Of a DNA stretch of 64,000 nt, positions 1 through 8,306 are shown in pieces. Under the pieces are notes generated by a model. It saw only the letters and a program-made list of their open reading frames with translations. It searched no databases and was not told the origin of the DNA. A program made the position numbers and the translations under genes. Location of the stretch: contig CAZSUC010000001.1 in assembly GCA_964610055.1 (NCBI GenBank), positions 351,994 through 415,993 on the forward strand, given 5' to 3'. This DNA is from an uncultured Candidatus Saccharibacteria bacterium (GTDB lineage Bacteria; Patescibacteriota; Andersenbacteria; UBA10190). The number at the start of each line of letters is the position of its first letter. Positions within the stretch are counted from its first letter, which is position 1.

Positions 1-141
1 ATCTTATCCGCTTTTCCTGTGTTCTTACTTGCGGGCTTTGTGCGCTCGTCATCTTGGGTCGGGCGGGGATGGATAATCATATCTGTTTTATCGTTAGCTG
101 TTTTGCTCGGAGAATACATTAGCGGCTGGTGGGCTTTTTAA
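1..141 (+). CDS. C-terminal fragment of a membrane protein (5' end lies outside the window)
   Basis: Open frame from base 1 to a TAA at 139-141. Translation is hydrophobic (…FPVFLLAGFVRSSSWVGRGWIIISVLSLAVLLGEYISGWWAF*). Confidence 0.3.
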   Translation: MLSAFPVFLLAGFVRSSSWVGRGWIIISVLSLAVLLGEYISGWWAF

Positions 142-186
142 TTCCTCATTGACAAACGTCCAATTTTGCGCTACCATTAAAGAAGT

Positions 187-519
187 ATGGAATTTGACAA
201 CAATCAGCACTTCATTTCTCGTTGTCCCTTCTGTAGCGCCGAATATGACCTTGATGGGTCAAAAGTCATTGGAGAAGAAGATGACTCTACTATGGTTTAC
301 GTCGTCTGTTCTGAATGTGGCAGCTCTATTATTGCCATTGTTGCCATGTCTGGCCTCGGCATCGTAAGCCTTGGCTTGGTTACCGACATGGACGAAGTTG
401 ATTCTAAAAAATTCCTTAAATCTGACAGTATCTCTGGAGATGACATTCTTTCCATCTACGAACTCATGCATGATAGTCACCCTAGCGCAGTTAACCAATT
501 GACACGTTCTCAGAAATAA
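187..519 (+). CDS. small zinc-ribbon protein (CPFC…CSEC), hypothetical
   Basis: 110-aa ORF with two CxxC pairs (RCPFCSAEY … VVCSECGSS). No recognisable family. Confidence 0.4.
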   Translation: MEFDNNQHFISRCPFCSAEYDLDGSKVIGEEDDSTMVYVVCSECGSSIIAIVAMSGLGIVSLGLVTDMDEVDSKKFLKSDSISGDDILSIYELMHDSHPSAVNQLTRSQK

Positions 520-574
520 CCTACATTAGCAAAACCAGGGATTTACCCCTGTTTTGCTGTTATAACCATACTAT

Positions 575-1237
575 ATGTCAGATAGCCTTTCGCTGGATGT
601 TTCCTTACGCGAATCCAGTCAAACCTTAGCTTCCGTCCGTCAAACCGGTATTCCGGCTGTGTTGTACGGTCACTCTTTTGATAGTCAAAATATCGTGGTT
701 GATGCCAAACAGTTCGCGAAAATTTTTGCCATTGCCGGTTATAGCACAATGGTCACGCTAAATATTGGCTCCGATCAACACCAGGCAATTATTCGTGAAA
801 TTCAATTTCATCCTCTCAAAAATTATCCTATTCATGTTGATTTTTACCGTGTCCGCATGGATGAAAAGATTGTAGCTAACGTGCCGGTTACTTTGGTTGG
901 TGTCGCTCCGGCTGTCAAAGATATGGGGGGAGTCTTAGTGCGCAACTTAGATGAAGTTGAAGTTGAAGCTTTGCCTCAACATATGCCGCGCGAAATTACT
1001 CTCGACATTTCTGTCCTCACAAGTTTTGACCAACCTATTCATGTTAAAGACTTAAGTCTACCTCAAGAAGCAACTATTTTAGATAACGCAGACGAAGTGG
1101 TTATCCTGGTTCAACCTCCTCGCACCGAAACTGAATTAGAAGAATTAAACCAAGCGGCAACCGAAAACGTGGAAGCAGTTGAACAAGCCAAGCCAAAAGC
1201 TAAAGCCGAAGAAGACGCTGCCGATACTACCAAGTAA
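575..1237 (+). CDS. rplY: 50S ribosomal protein bL25 (general stress protein Ctc form)
   Basis: 220 aa. The N-terminal …IPAVLYG… L25 signature, a beta-barrel core and an acidic C-terminal extension match long Ctc-type L25. Confidence 0.8.
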   Translation: MSDSLSLDVSLRESSQTLASVRQTGIPAVLYGHSFDSQNIVVDAKQFAKIFAIAGYSTMVTLNIGSDQHQAIIREIQFHPLKNYPIHVDFYRVRMDEKIVANVPVTLVGVAPAVKDMGGVLVRNLDEVEVEALPQHMPREITLDISVLTSFDQPIHVKDLSLPQEATILDNADEVVILVQPPRTETELEELNQAATENVEAVEQAKPKAKAEEDAADTTK

Positions 1238-1249
1238 TTCCGTCTCAAT

Positions 1250-2026
1250 TTAATTGATTTTTACAATCTCGCCCGCGGTTGTTTCCACTACCGCGGGTTT
1301 GTGTAACGCTTGCATTCGTTTGATAAAATCTTGTCCATCTGATCCTCCGTCTAAAGCTAAGCGTGGCTCATATTTGAGGCCACGTTCTTCCACTAGCTCA
1401 CTTTGCATCGCCTCGTCCACTTCTGGGCTTGGTATGTAAGGGGGATTACTAACTATAAAATCAACCTTGTCTGGCTGAATTGGTTGTTCAAAATCACCGC
1501 ATCGTATGTCAATTTTTTCTTCTACCTTATATTTTTCAACATTCCGCTGCGCTGTTTGAATTGCGGTCTCGGAAATCTCGGTGGCGATAATCTTTTTGAT
1601 CATGGTGCCGCCTTCCAACGCTAACGTAATCGCAATACACCCACTTCCGGTTCCTAAATCCGCTACCACAATCGGCTGACCCTTGCTTTGATATATTTTT
1701 TTTATTTCATCTAAAGCTCTGGTTACCAACTCTTCTGTCGCCGGGCGGGGGATTAGGACGCTTGGATTAACTAAAAAAGTTCGGCCATAAAACTCTTGAT
1801 AACCTAAGATATAGGCCAACGGCTCGCCTTGTTTCCGCCGCTCACAATCACGCTCCATAGCTAACCATATTTTTTCTAACACCTGCTCTTCGCTGTGTGT
1901 ATATAGCCACGCCGCTTCATTCTGATTTAGGTGGTGCAGCGCTATCCGTTCCGCATCTAAACGCGGCGCGTCCGTAGCCCCGTTTAATATTTCTTGAATC
2001 CTCCGAACTGCTTGGCCAATAGTCAC
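1250..2026 (-). CDS. prmC: release factor glutamine N5-methyltransferase PrmC/HemK
   Basis: Contains the GTGSGCIAI SAM-binding motif and the NPPY catalytic motif (VSNPPYIP). It overlaps the prfA stop by 4 nt, the classic prfA-prmC operon arrangement. Confidence 0.85.
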   Translation of the reverse strand: MTIGQAVRRIQEILNGATDAPRLDAERIALHHLNQNEAAWLYTHSEEQVLEKIWLAMERDCERRKQGEPLAYILGYQEFYGRTFLVNPSVLIPRPATEELVTRALDEIKKIYQSKGQPIVVADLGTGSGCIAITLALEGGTMIKKIIATEISETAIQTAQRNVEKYKVEEKIDIRCGDFEQPIQPDKVDFIVSNPPYIPSPEVDEAMQSELVEERGLKYEPRLALDGGSDGQDFIKRMQALHKPAVVETTAGEIVKIN

Positions 2027-3102
2027 GACTGTGTATTTATCGCTTGGATTTTTATTTGTTTATCCGCTTCTTGCAGAGCAGCAAAGATTGGCTCCCACGC
2101 GCCCTGCATCACTCCTTCAATATTGCTCCATGATTGTTTAATCCGATGATCCGTAATTCGGTCTTGCGGAAAATTATATGTCCTAATTTTTTCCGAACGA
2201 TCACCTGTACCCACTTGTTGCCGTCGTTCGCTCGCTTCTTTTGATCGTCGCTCTTCTTCCTCTGCCGCCAATAAACGACTCCGCAAAATTTTCATTGCCT
2301 TTTCTTTATTCTTGAATTGGCTGCGTTCATCTTGCACAGCCACCACCGTATTTGTTGGTAAATGCGTAATTCTAATCGCCGAACTAGTCTTATTCACTTT
2401 CTGTCCACCAGCACCTCCAGATCGATACGTATCAATCCGCAAATCTTCTGGTCGAATAATAAAATCCTTTTCCGCCGCTTCTGGCATTACTGCCACAGTA
2501 ATCGTTGACGTGTGAATTCGTCCCATCTTTTCAGTTTCCGGCACTCTCTGAACTCGATGCACTCCTCGCTCAAATTTCAATACTCCAAAAACATTCTCTC
2601 CGGTAACTTCCGCAATCACTTCTTTAAATCCATTTTGCTCGCTTAATGAAGTGCTGACAGTATGCATGTTCCAGCGATGCTGTTCGGCGTAACGGGCATA
2701 AGCACGAAACAACTCCGCTGCAAACAAGGACGCCTCATCTCCACCTGCGCCCGCCCGAATTTCTAAAATTACGTTTCGGCTGTCACGCGGATCACGTGGT
2801 AATAAAGCCGTTTCAATTTCTTGTTCTAGTCGTGTAATTTCTTGGCGTAAACGTTCTCCGTCTTCTCGCGCTAATTCTTTTAATTCTTCGTCTTGCTCAT
2901 GTAGTACCATTTCTTCTGCTTCCTTGGCATCACGTAATCCTTTTTCGCGTTGCGTTAATAAATCAGCTAACTGGCTTTTTAACACATGCTCTCGAGATAA
3001 TTCCTGCATTTTTTCCGCATCCAGACTTACAGCCGGATCGCTCATCTGAGTATTCAGGCGCTCAATGTCTTGCTTTATTTGATTTAAATCCGGGTATTCC
3101 AT
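2023..3102 (-). CDS. prfA: peptide chain release factor 1
   Basis: 359 aa with the GGQ motif (SGGAGGQKVN). It aligns closely with E. coli RF1 (…RIHTS…VAVMPE…RSGGAGGQ…) and is co-oriented with prmC. Confidence 0.9.
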   Translation of the reverse strand: MEYPDLNQIKQDIERLNTQMSDPAVSLDAEKMQELSREHVLKSQLADLLTQREKGLRDAKEAEEMVLHEQDEELKELAREDGERLRQEITRLEQEIETALLPRDPRDSRNVILEIRAGAGGDEASLFAAELFRAYARYAEQHRWNMHTVSTSLSEQNGFKEVIAEVTGENVFGVLKFERGVHRVQRVPETEKMGRIHTSTITVAVMPEAAEKDFIIRPEDLRIDTYRSGGAGGQKVNKTSSAIRITHLPTNTVVAVQDERSQFKNKEKAMKILRSRLLAAEEEERRSKEASERRQQVGTGDRSEKIRTYNFPQDRITDHRIKQSWSNIEGVMQGAWEPIFAALQEADKQIKIQAINTQS

Positions 3103-3138
3103 CGCTTAGCTTTATCATATCACGCCCTTACATACAAA

Positions 3139-3168
3139 CTACCCGCTTCGGATATTCCGAGCGGGTAG
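3139..3168 (-). terminator. stem-loop downstream of rpmE (candidate intrinsic terminator)
   Basis: Inverted repeat ctacccgcttcgga/tccgagcgggtag with loop tatt, immediately 3' of rpmE on the minus strand. The downstream U-tract is weak. Confidence 0.4.
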
Positions 3169-3184
3169 TCGTTGAATTGCGTAT

Positions 3185-3472
3185 TTAATTAATCTTAACT
3201 CCTTCTTTTTGCTGCTTATCTGCTTTCTTAGTCTTGCTTTGGTGTTTTTCAATCTTAGATTGCGTTTTTTTAGTATCAGCTAATTTCTTCTTAAACTTGT
3301 CTACTCGTCCTGCAACATCCACTAACTTCTGTTTGCCAGTATAAAAAGGATGACAAGCGGAACAAACCTCAACCTTAATTTCGGGTTCGACCGAACCAGT
3401 CTCAAATTCGTTACCGCATGTACAGGTAACCTTGATATTTTCGTTATATTTCGGGTGGATACCGTCTTTCAT
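3185..3472 (-). CDS. rpmE: 50S ribosomal protein bL31 with Lys-rich C-terminal tail
   Basis: MKDGIHPKY…CTCG…[10 protein letters not shown] is the canonical L31 zinc-ribbon signature. About 30 extra lysine-rich residues follow at the C-terminus. Confidence 0.9.
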   Translation of the reverse strand: MKDGIHPKYNENIKVTCTCGNEFETGSVEPEIKVEVCSACHPFYTGKQKLVDVAGRVDKFKKKLADTKKTQSKIEKHQSKTKKADKQQKEGVKIN

Positions 3473-3744
3473 GGCCTTTTACTTACTTTTGATTTAGTTA
3501 GCATATGATACGTCATATTGTTGATTTCTGCAAGGATTTACCGTACTATTTACTCCGCTATCCTTATTTGGTCTTTTTTGGCCGAGAATAGCGCTTATTC
3601 ACAATTCCCATTTCGTGCCTACTATTCATCTGTGTTCTGAGTCCAGAATTCAGATTCCTCCTCCTCCCGGCTTGCCGGGCCTTGGGGCCGCTCTTATCTA
3701 GCGGGGGATAGCAGACCGAAAGCGGCTAACAAGGAGCAAATTTT

Positions 3745-4503
3745 ATGCCCAAAGATACTAAGTCTCCCGTCAACACCTTCGAGTTGCCGGATTTAATCAC
3801 CATGTTGGAAGCCGGTGTCCATTTCGGCCACGAACGCAGCAAACGTAATCCTAAAATGGAACCATATATTTATACTTTGCGTAATCGCATTGCGATTTTG
3901 GATCTCGAAAAGACCCAAGCTAAACTCAAAGAAGCCATTGATTTTCTCCAACGCATTGCCAAAACAACCAATCAAGAAATTCTCTTTGTTGGTACTAAAC
4001 GTCAAGCTCGAGATATCGTGCGTCGACACGCTGAATCTATCGGCATGCCATACATCACTCAACGTTGGCTGGGTGGTACCTTAACTAACTTCCGCACCAT
4101 TCTCAAAAGCGTTGAAAAATTGGACGAACTGAAATCCCTAGCCGAGTCTCCTCAAGCCCAAAAAATGACCAAGAAAGAACGGTCAGTGATGCGCAAAGAA
4201 ATCGAACGTCTTGAAGAAGTGTTAGAGGGGATTATGAATATTCGTGCTTTGCCAGCCGCGATCTTTATCGCCGGTATTCAAGATGAAAAATTAGCTTTGC
4301 GAGAAGCGGCTCGTATCGGCATCCCTGTTGTTGGTATTGCTGATACCAACGCTGATCCTAGTGCTGTCAAATATCCTATTCCTGGTAATGACGACGCCGT
4401 GCGTTCTTTGGATCTTCTGGTTGGCACTATTGCTCGGGCAATTGCAGAAGCTCGTGGTATTACGATTAAAAGCAAGACCACTCCAACTCCTGTCGCTGAT
4501 TAA
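3745..4503 (+). CDS. rpsB: 30S ribosomal protein uS2
   Basis: MLEAGVHFGHERSKRNPKM… is the canonical S2 N-terminus. An AAGGAG Shine-Dalgarno sequence lies 6 nt upstream. tsf follows. Confidence 0.95.
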   Translation: MPKDTKSPVNTFELPDLITMLEAGVHFGHERSKRNPKMEPYIYTLRNRIAILDLEKTQAKLKEAIDFLQRIAKTTNQEILFVGTKRQARDIVRRHAESIGMPYITQRWLGGTLTNFRTILKSVEKLDELKSLAESPQAQKMTKKERSVMRKEIERLEEVLEGIMNIRALPAAIFIAGIQDEKLALREAARIGIPVVGIADTNADPSAVKYPIPGNDDAVRSLDLLVGTIARAIAEARGITIKSKTTPTPVAD

Positions 4504-4537
4504 GGTATAATCAAACTATCTAACTTAATTTCAATTT

Positions 4538-5122
4538 ATGGCTACTCTCGAACAAGTGAAAGAATTACGCCGCCGAACTGGTTGCGGCATCGTTGATTGC
4601 AAACAAGCGCTTGAAGAAGCGCAAGATGACATTGAAGCTGCCATCACTGTTTTACGTAAAAAGGGGATTGCTAAAGTCGCTAAAAAAGCTGACCGTGAAA
4701 CTCGTGAAGGCATGGTTGCTTCATATACCCATAGCAATGGCCAGTTAGTCGCTATGGTTTCTATTCTCTGTGAAACTGATTTTGTCGCACGTAACGAACG
4801 GTTTCAGCAATTAGGCCGCGACATCGCTATGCATATCGCTGCGTCTGATCCGGCCGTTGTGCATCCGGGCGATATGCCGGAAGCAGCTTTAGAAGCTGAA
4901 CGCGCCATCGCCTTAGAACAGGCTAAAGCTTCTAATAAACCAGCTGACATTCAAGCGAAAATTGTTGAAGGCAAACTAAAAACATTTGCCGAAGAGCGTG
5001 CTTTGATGACCCAAGCTTTTGTTAAGGATCCTAGCAAAACTATTCAACAAATTATTAACGAAGCTATCCAAGAACTAGGGGAGAATATTTCTATCGGAGA
5101 TTTTCATCGTCTCTCCATCTAA
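4538..5122 (+). CDS. tsf: elongation factor Ts (short form)
   Basis: ATLEQVKELRRRTGCGIVDCKQALEEA is the EF-Ts UBA-like N-terminus, followed by the dimerisation core. This is the conserved rpsB-tsf pair. Confidence 0.9.
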   Translation: MATLEQVKELRRRTGCGIVDCKQALEEAQDDIEAAITVLRKKGIAKVAKKADRETREGMVASYTHSNGQLVAMVSILCETDFVARNERFQQLGRDIAMHIAASDPAVVHPGDMPEAALEAERAIALEQAKASNKPADIQAKIVEGKLKTFAEERALMTQAFVKDPSKTIQQIINEAIQELGENISIGDFHRLSI

Positions 5123-5146
5123 ATAGCAAACAAAAACAGAAAATAT

Positions 5147-5182
5147 CGCCCCGCCACCCCCTTGGCGGGGCGAACTGTTTTT
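5147..5182 (+). terminator. rho-independent terminator after tsf
   Basis: GC hairpin cgccccgcc/ggcggggcg followed by a TGTTTTT run. Confidence 0.6.
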
Positions 5183-5227
5183 GATAAGCTATTCACTAAC
5201 AACCTTTTTGCATCCTTCGTTTTTGCC

Positions 5228-6388
5228 ATGCTGTATAACCTTATGCCACCAACTATACTCCTCCTTTCTCTCGGTGGTGTTATGGTTATCCTTTCACGCG
5301 GTGTTCTGAGGATGCGCAAAGCTGAATTTAATGCCAGCATAAAATCGTACGGAAACAGTACTACTACAACAGTCAACTCCTCAAAAAATATTGGCCGTCT
5401 TTTTCGCCCTACCCATAAAGGTGTTCAAGCGATTTCTAATCGCGCCACAGGCGCCATGTTAGCTCTCAAACAAAATAGCCAAGAAATTTCCCAAGGATTT
5501 AGTGGCCTTAAGTCTCGCTTATCTAATCGACGCATTGCGCGCAAACAAGATTCGCCTGCTCCTGCTCCTGAGCCAACAGAGACTGTTGCGACTTCGCCTG
5601 CCAAAGGAGAGCTAGTCATGCCTGAATCTGGTTGGCGGGATAAATTTTCTTCCTCTGTGAGTAATGCTTTTGGAAGCGCGCGTCATCGCGCTCATAAGTC
5701 AGTCACTGCTCTTAAAGAACGTCGACAACAGCGTCAAATTGATCAAGAATCAAACACAAAAGATACTCCTGCTCCTACCCCTAAAAAACTATCCATCAAA
5801 ACAAGATTAGTCCAATCTCGTGTCAGCACTGAAGAATCGCGTTTATCATCCTCCGAATCTTCTGGTTCCGGGCTTTCTCTTTCAGCTGTGGTTAAAAAAG
5901 CCGTAACTGCTTCTGTCTCGGCTTCAACCGCACCAACTCCCGCTGAACCAGTAACTCTTTTAGGACAAGCCCAAGCCGCTTTAACTGCTAAAGATTTTAA
6001 AAAAGCTGAATTTTTTGTTTTGAATCATATTACCAAGCACACCAAAGACTGCGCTGCTTACATGTTATTGGGTCAAATTGCCTTAGCTCAGTCTAATTGG
6101 AGTGAAGGCTTGGAAATTTTCGAACAAATTATTTCTTGGAATGATCAGCAGCCAGGTGCTTACTCTGCTTTAGGATATGCTGCTTGTCGGGCGGGAAAAT
6201 TAACTCGTGCCATCCAAGCCCTACAGCGAGCGCATGAAGCTGAACCTGAGAATATTGCTGTTCTCCAAGATTTATATATTATTGCTCGTCGCATGGATAA
6301 TCCTGCATTACAACATTCAATCTCTAAAAAATTAGAGGCCCTGAATGCCCCTGTCGTCTCATCGCACGCTGACGTTGTCGCTGTTTAA
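5228..6388 (+). CDS. membrane-anchored TPR-repeat protein (hypothetical)
   Basis: The ORF is open from 5162, but the tsf terminator overlaps 5147-5182, so a start at Met 5228 or 5243 is more likely. It has an N-terminal transmembrane segment, an S/T/P-rich linker and C-terminal TPR-like repeats (…AYMLLGQIALAQSNWSEGLEIFEQII…AYSALGYAACRAGKL…). Confidence 0.5.
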   Translation: MLYNLMPPTILLLSLGGVMVILSRGVLRMRKAEFNASIKSYGNSTTTTVNSSKNIGRLFRPTHKGVQAISNRATGAMLALKQNSQEISQGFSGLKSRLSNRRIARKQDSPAPAPEPTETVATSPAKGELVMPESGWRDKFSSSVSNAFGSARHRAHKSVTALKERRQQRQIDQESNTKDTPAPTPKKLSIKTRLVQSRVSTEESRLSSSESSGSGLSLSAVVKKAVTASVSASTAPTPAEPVTLLGQAQAALTAKDFKKAEFFVLNHITKHTKDCAAYMLLGQIALAQSNWSEGLEIFEQIISWNDQQPGAYSALGYAACRAGKLTRAIQALQRAHEAEPENIAVLQDLYIIARRMDNPALQHSISKKLEALNAPVVSSHADVVAV

Positions 6389-6397
6389 TTAAAGATA

Positions 6398-6793
6398 TTA
6401 AATTCCTTTTCGTAAACGACGCATTGTGCTCCACGCGCCAGTTCCCACAGCAGCTAATAATCCTGGAATCATCCAAATCTCTGCGCCTGTTTGCGTTGTG
6501 GGACTGACATCTTGAGTCGTAGCCTCCTCTGTGACCTCTTCCTCCTCATCTTCCACCCAAGCTGGATTGATAGCAGTTTGATCATCCGTTAGACCAGCCA
6601 CTTCCTCGTTATTTTCTATACTTTCCGTCGGGTTTGCTGTCGGAGTTACGCTAATTAGCGCAGTCGGGGACATAGCTTCATCTTGACGATTTGGACGAAT
6701 AATTATCACGTACCATGCAATTGCCGCCACCAAGACTGCTAACATCGTCGCTCCGATAATAACGCTGCGCTGGCTTTGTGATTCTTCTTCCAT
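6398..6793 (-). CDS. small acidic membrane protein with C-terminal hydrophobic segment and basic tail
   Basis: 131 aa: N-terminal transmembrane segment, a D/E/T-rich middle, and a C-terminal …PTTQTGAEIWMIPGLLAAVGTGAWSTMRRLRKGI (hydrophobic then RRLRK). Confidence 0.4.
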   Translation of the reverse strand: MEEESQSQRSVIIGATMLAVLVAAIAWYVIIIRPNRQDEAMSPTALISVTPTANPTESIENNEEVAGLTDDQTAINPAWVEDEEEEVTEEATTQDVSPTTQTGAEIWMIPGLLAAVGTGAWSTMRRLRKGI

Positions 6794-6883
6794 AGCCCTC
6801 TAACATATGCTTTTTAGCCTTAATCGTCAACAAAAAACCGTCGACATTCATTGTCGACGGTAGCCATACAATGGTCCCATGTT

Positions 6884-7618
6884 CTAGTCCTGACATTCCC
6901 AGTTTTCCATAGTCTGCTGAAAAATGTCATTAATATAGTTAAAGAAAGTGCCAAACTTCTGATCCGGAAACGGACCCTCGTGCAAATCCCTTTCCGTACG
7001 CAGAGATTCAAGGCTCATCCGCAGCTGTGCCGGCGTCGTTGTGGCTTTAGCGTCCCTACGATTCAAAGCAGCTTTAATCCCTGCCTTAGTCACCGTCCAC
7101 AAGCAATCTGCTTCCCGCAATGCCCGTGGTAAAAATCCCGGCGGCAAACGCACTCCCAATTCAGGATCGTCATGAATAGCAATCAGGTCGACGATAGCCT
7201 GAATCTGATCTTGGCCGTACCAACCAGCGCTTGGCGCGGAGCGTAGCATCAGCGATGCCGCCCGTGCGCATTTCTGCATATGAATCTGAACATCCTGATT
7301 CGGGCAAACATCATGTAACAACGCCGCAGTTAAACCTACCATAGTCTCGGGCCAACTACAGTGATTTGCTACTGCCAGCCTCGCCATCATGTGCGTCACG
7401 AACAAGTGATGCTCAACCGGATTATTGGCCTCGGGATGGAGCCAATATTGATCCGTTAAAGCCATCATGGTTAATCGATGCAAGATTTCTTCCAATTTCC
7501 TAACATCATTAACCAAGCCAACTTCAGCTGCATGAATCGGTCGCAAAGCCTCACTTAAAAGAGCTTTCAAGACCTGGTCATTCGGACGGTCGTAATTCAA
7601 CCGCACTACATATGCCAT
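6884..7618 (-). CDS. HD-domain phosphohydrolase family protein
   Basis: 244 aa with H…HD metal-binding motifs (LLHDVC, IAIHDDPELG). Confidence 0.55.
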   Translation of the reverse strand: MAYVVRLNYDRPNDQVLKALLSEALRPIHAAEVGLVNDVRKLEEILHRLTMMALTDQYWLHPEANNPVEHHLFVTHMMARLAVANHCSWPETMVGLTAALLHDVCPNQDVQIHMQKCARAASLMLRSAPSAGWYGQDQIQAIVDLIAIHDDPELGVRLPPGFLPRALREADCLWTVTKAGIKAALNRRDAKATTTPAQLRMSLESLRTERDLHEGPFPDQKFGTFFNYINDIFQQTMENWECQD

Positions 7619-7696
7619 CTGTCTGTTCCTCGTCTTTTAAAGTTTTAACGTAAATTGTCAAAAAACAACCTTATCTAACTAATACACCCTCGTTGA

Positions 7697-7724
7697 ATAA
7701 AAAAGAACCCCGCCACCGGGGTTC
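7697..7724 (-). terminator. rho-independent terminator after the 88-aa membrane protein gene
   Basis: Hairpin gaaccccg/cggggttc followed, on the minus strand, by TTTTTTA. Confidence 0.55.
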
Positions 7725-7731
7725 AAGAGCG

Positions 7732-7998
7732 TCACCACATGACTTCCTCAATCGTCACGTTGGTTGGAGCGGCACACCACAGACTAAACAAGTACAGCAC
7801 TACTGCTCCCAGCAAAATCAAAACTTTTGTCCTGTGAGACCAACTATTATGGCTATCAATGATAGCCATAATCACCATAACTACCCCTAAAGCACAGGCC
7901 GCCATAAAAAACTGTCCCATCTCTCGCCCTTTCTGGACAATGAACAACTTAACTTGCAAAATTCCGCAAGCCAACCAAATCAATACCATAACTACCAA
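7732..7998 (-). CDS. small integral membrane protein (2 TM), hypothetical
   Basis: 88-aa hydrophobic ORF co-oriented with the two tRNA genes immediately upstream of it. Confidence 0.4.
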   Translation of the reverse strand: MVVMVLIWLACGILQVKLFIVQKGREMGQFFMAACALGVVMVIMAIIDSHNSWSHRTKVLILLGAVVLYLFSLWCAAPTNVTIEEVMW

Positions 7999-8020
7999 AT
8001 AATGTCAAAATTCCATCTTG

Positions 8021-8093
8021 TCCGAGGGGTAGGAGTTGAACCTACTTGGAACGGTTTTACAGACCGTCGCATAAGCCGTTCTGCCACCCTCGG
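8021..8093 (-). tRNA. tRNA-Tyr (anticodon GTA), class I: 5-nt variable loop, C1:G72, A73, no encoded CCA
   Basis: Manual fold of the reverse complement: acceptor CCGAGGG/CCCTCGG, anticodon stem ACGGT/ACCGT with loop CTGTAAA (GUA), T-arm GTAGG-TTCAACT-CCTAC, variable region tccaa. Total 73 nt. Confidence 0.75.
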
Positions 8094-8153
8094 CTTGTTG
8101 TAGATGATACCGGACAATACTTGGATCGCCAAGTATCTTTTCTACCAAACGGG

Positions 8154-8225
8154 AGCCAGCTGTCGGATTTGAACCGACGACCTTCGCTTTACAAAAGCGT
8201 TGCTCTGCCACTGAGCTAAGCTGGC
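8154..8225 (-). tRNA. tRNA-Thr (anticodon TGT)
   Basis: Reverse complement is GCCAGCT-TAGCTCAGTGGCAGAGC-A-ACGCT-TTTGTAA-AGCGA-AGGTC-GTCGG-TTCAAAT-CCGAC-AGCTGGC-T. It aligns with E. coli tRNA-Thr, including the shared 27:43 mismatch. Confidence 0.85.
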
Positions 8226-8306
8226 ACGGTCACGGCCGTTAACCGCCATGAAACATCACTATAGTCAAATTATGGCTAAAAATCAAACTTCTGTTATTCT
8301 TAACCC

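Noticed and set aside
3793-4084. 89-aa ORFs on both strands inside rpsB
   Set aside because: They are antisense or out-of-frame shadows of a highly conserved ribosomal protein gene.
5162-5227. ORF-track start of the TPR protein at 5162
   Set aside because: It overlaps the tsf terminator hairpin (5147-5182). A downstream Met at 5228 or 5243 is more plausible.
8117-8136. Perfect 8-bp hairpin (atacttgg-atcg-ccaagtat) in the spacer between tRNA-Thr and tRNA-Tyr
   Set aside because: It is probably just a processing or spacer structure within a co-transcribed tRNA pair, with no further significance.
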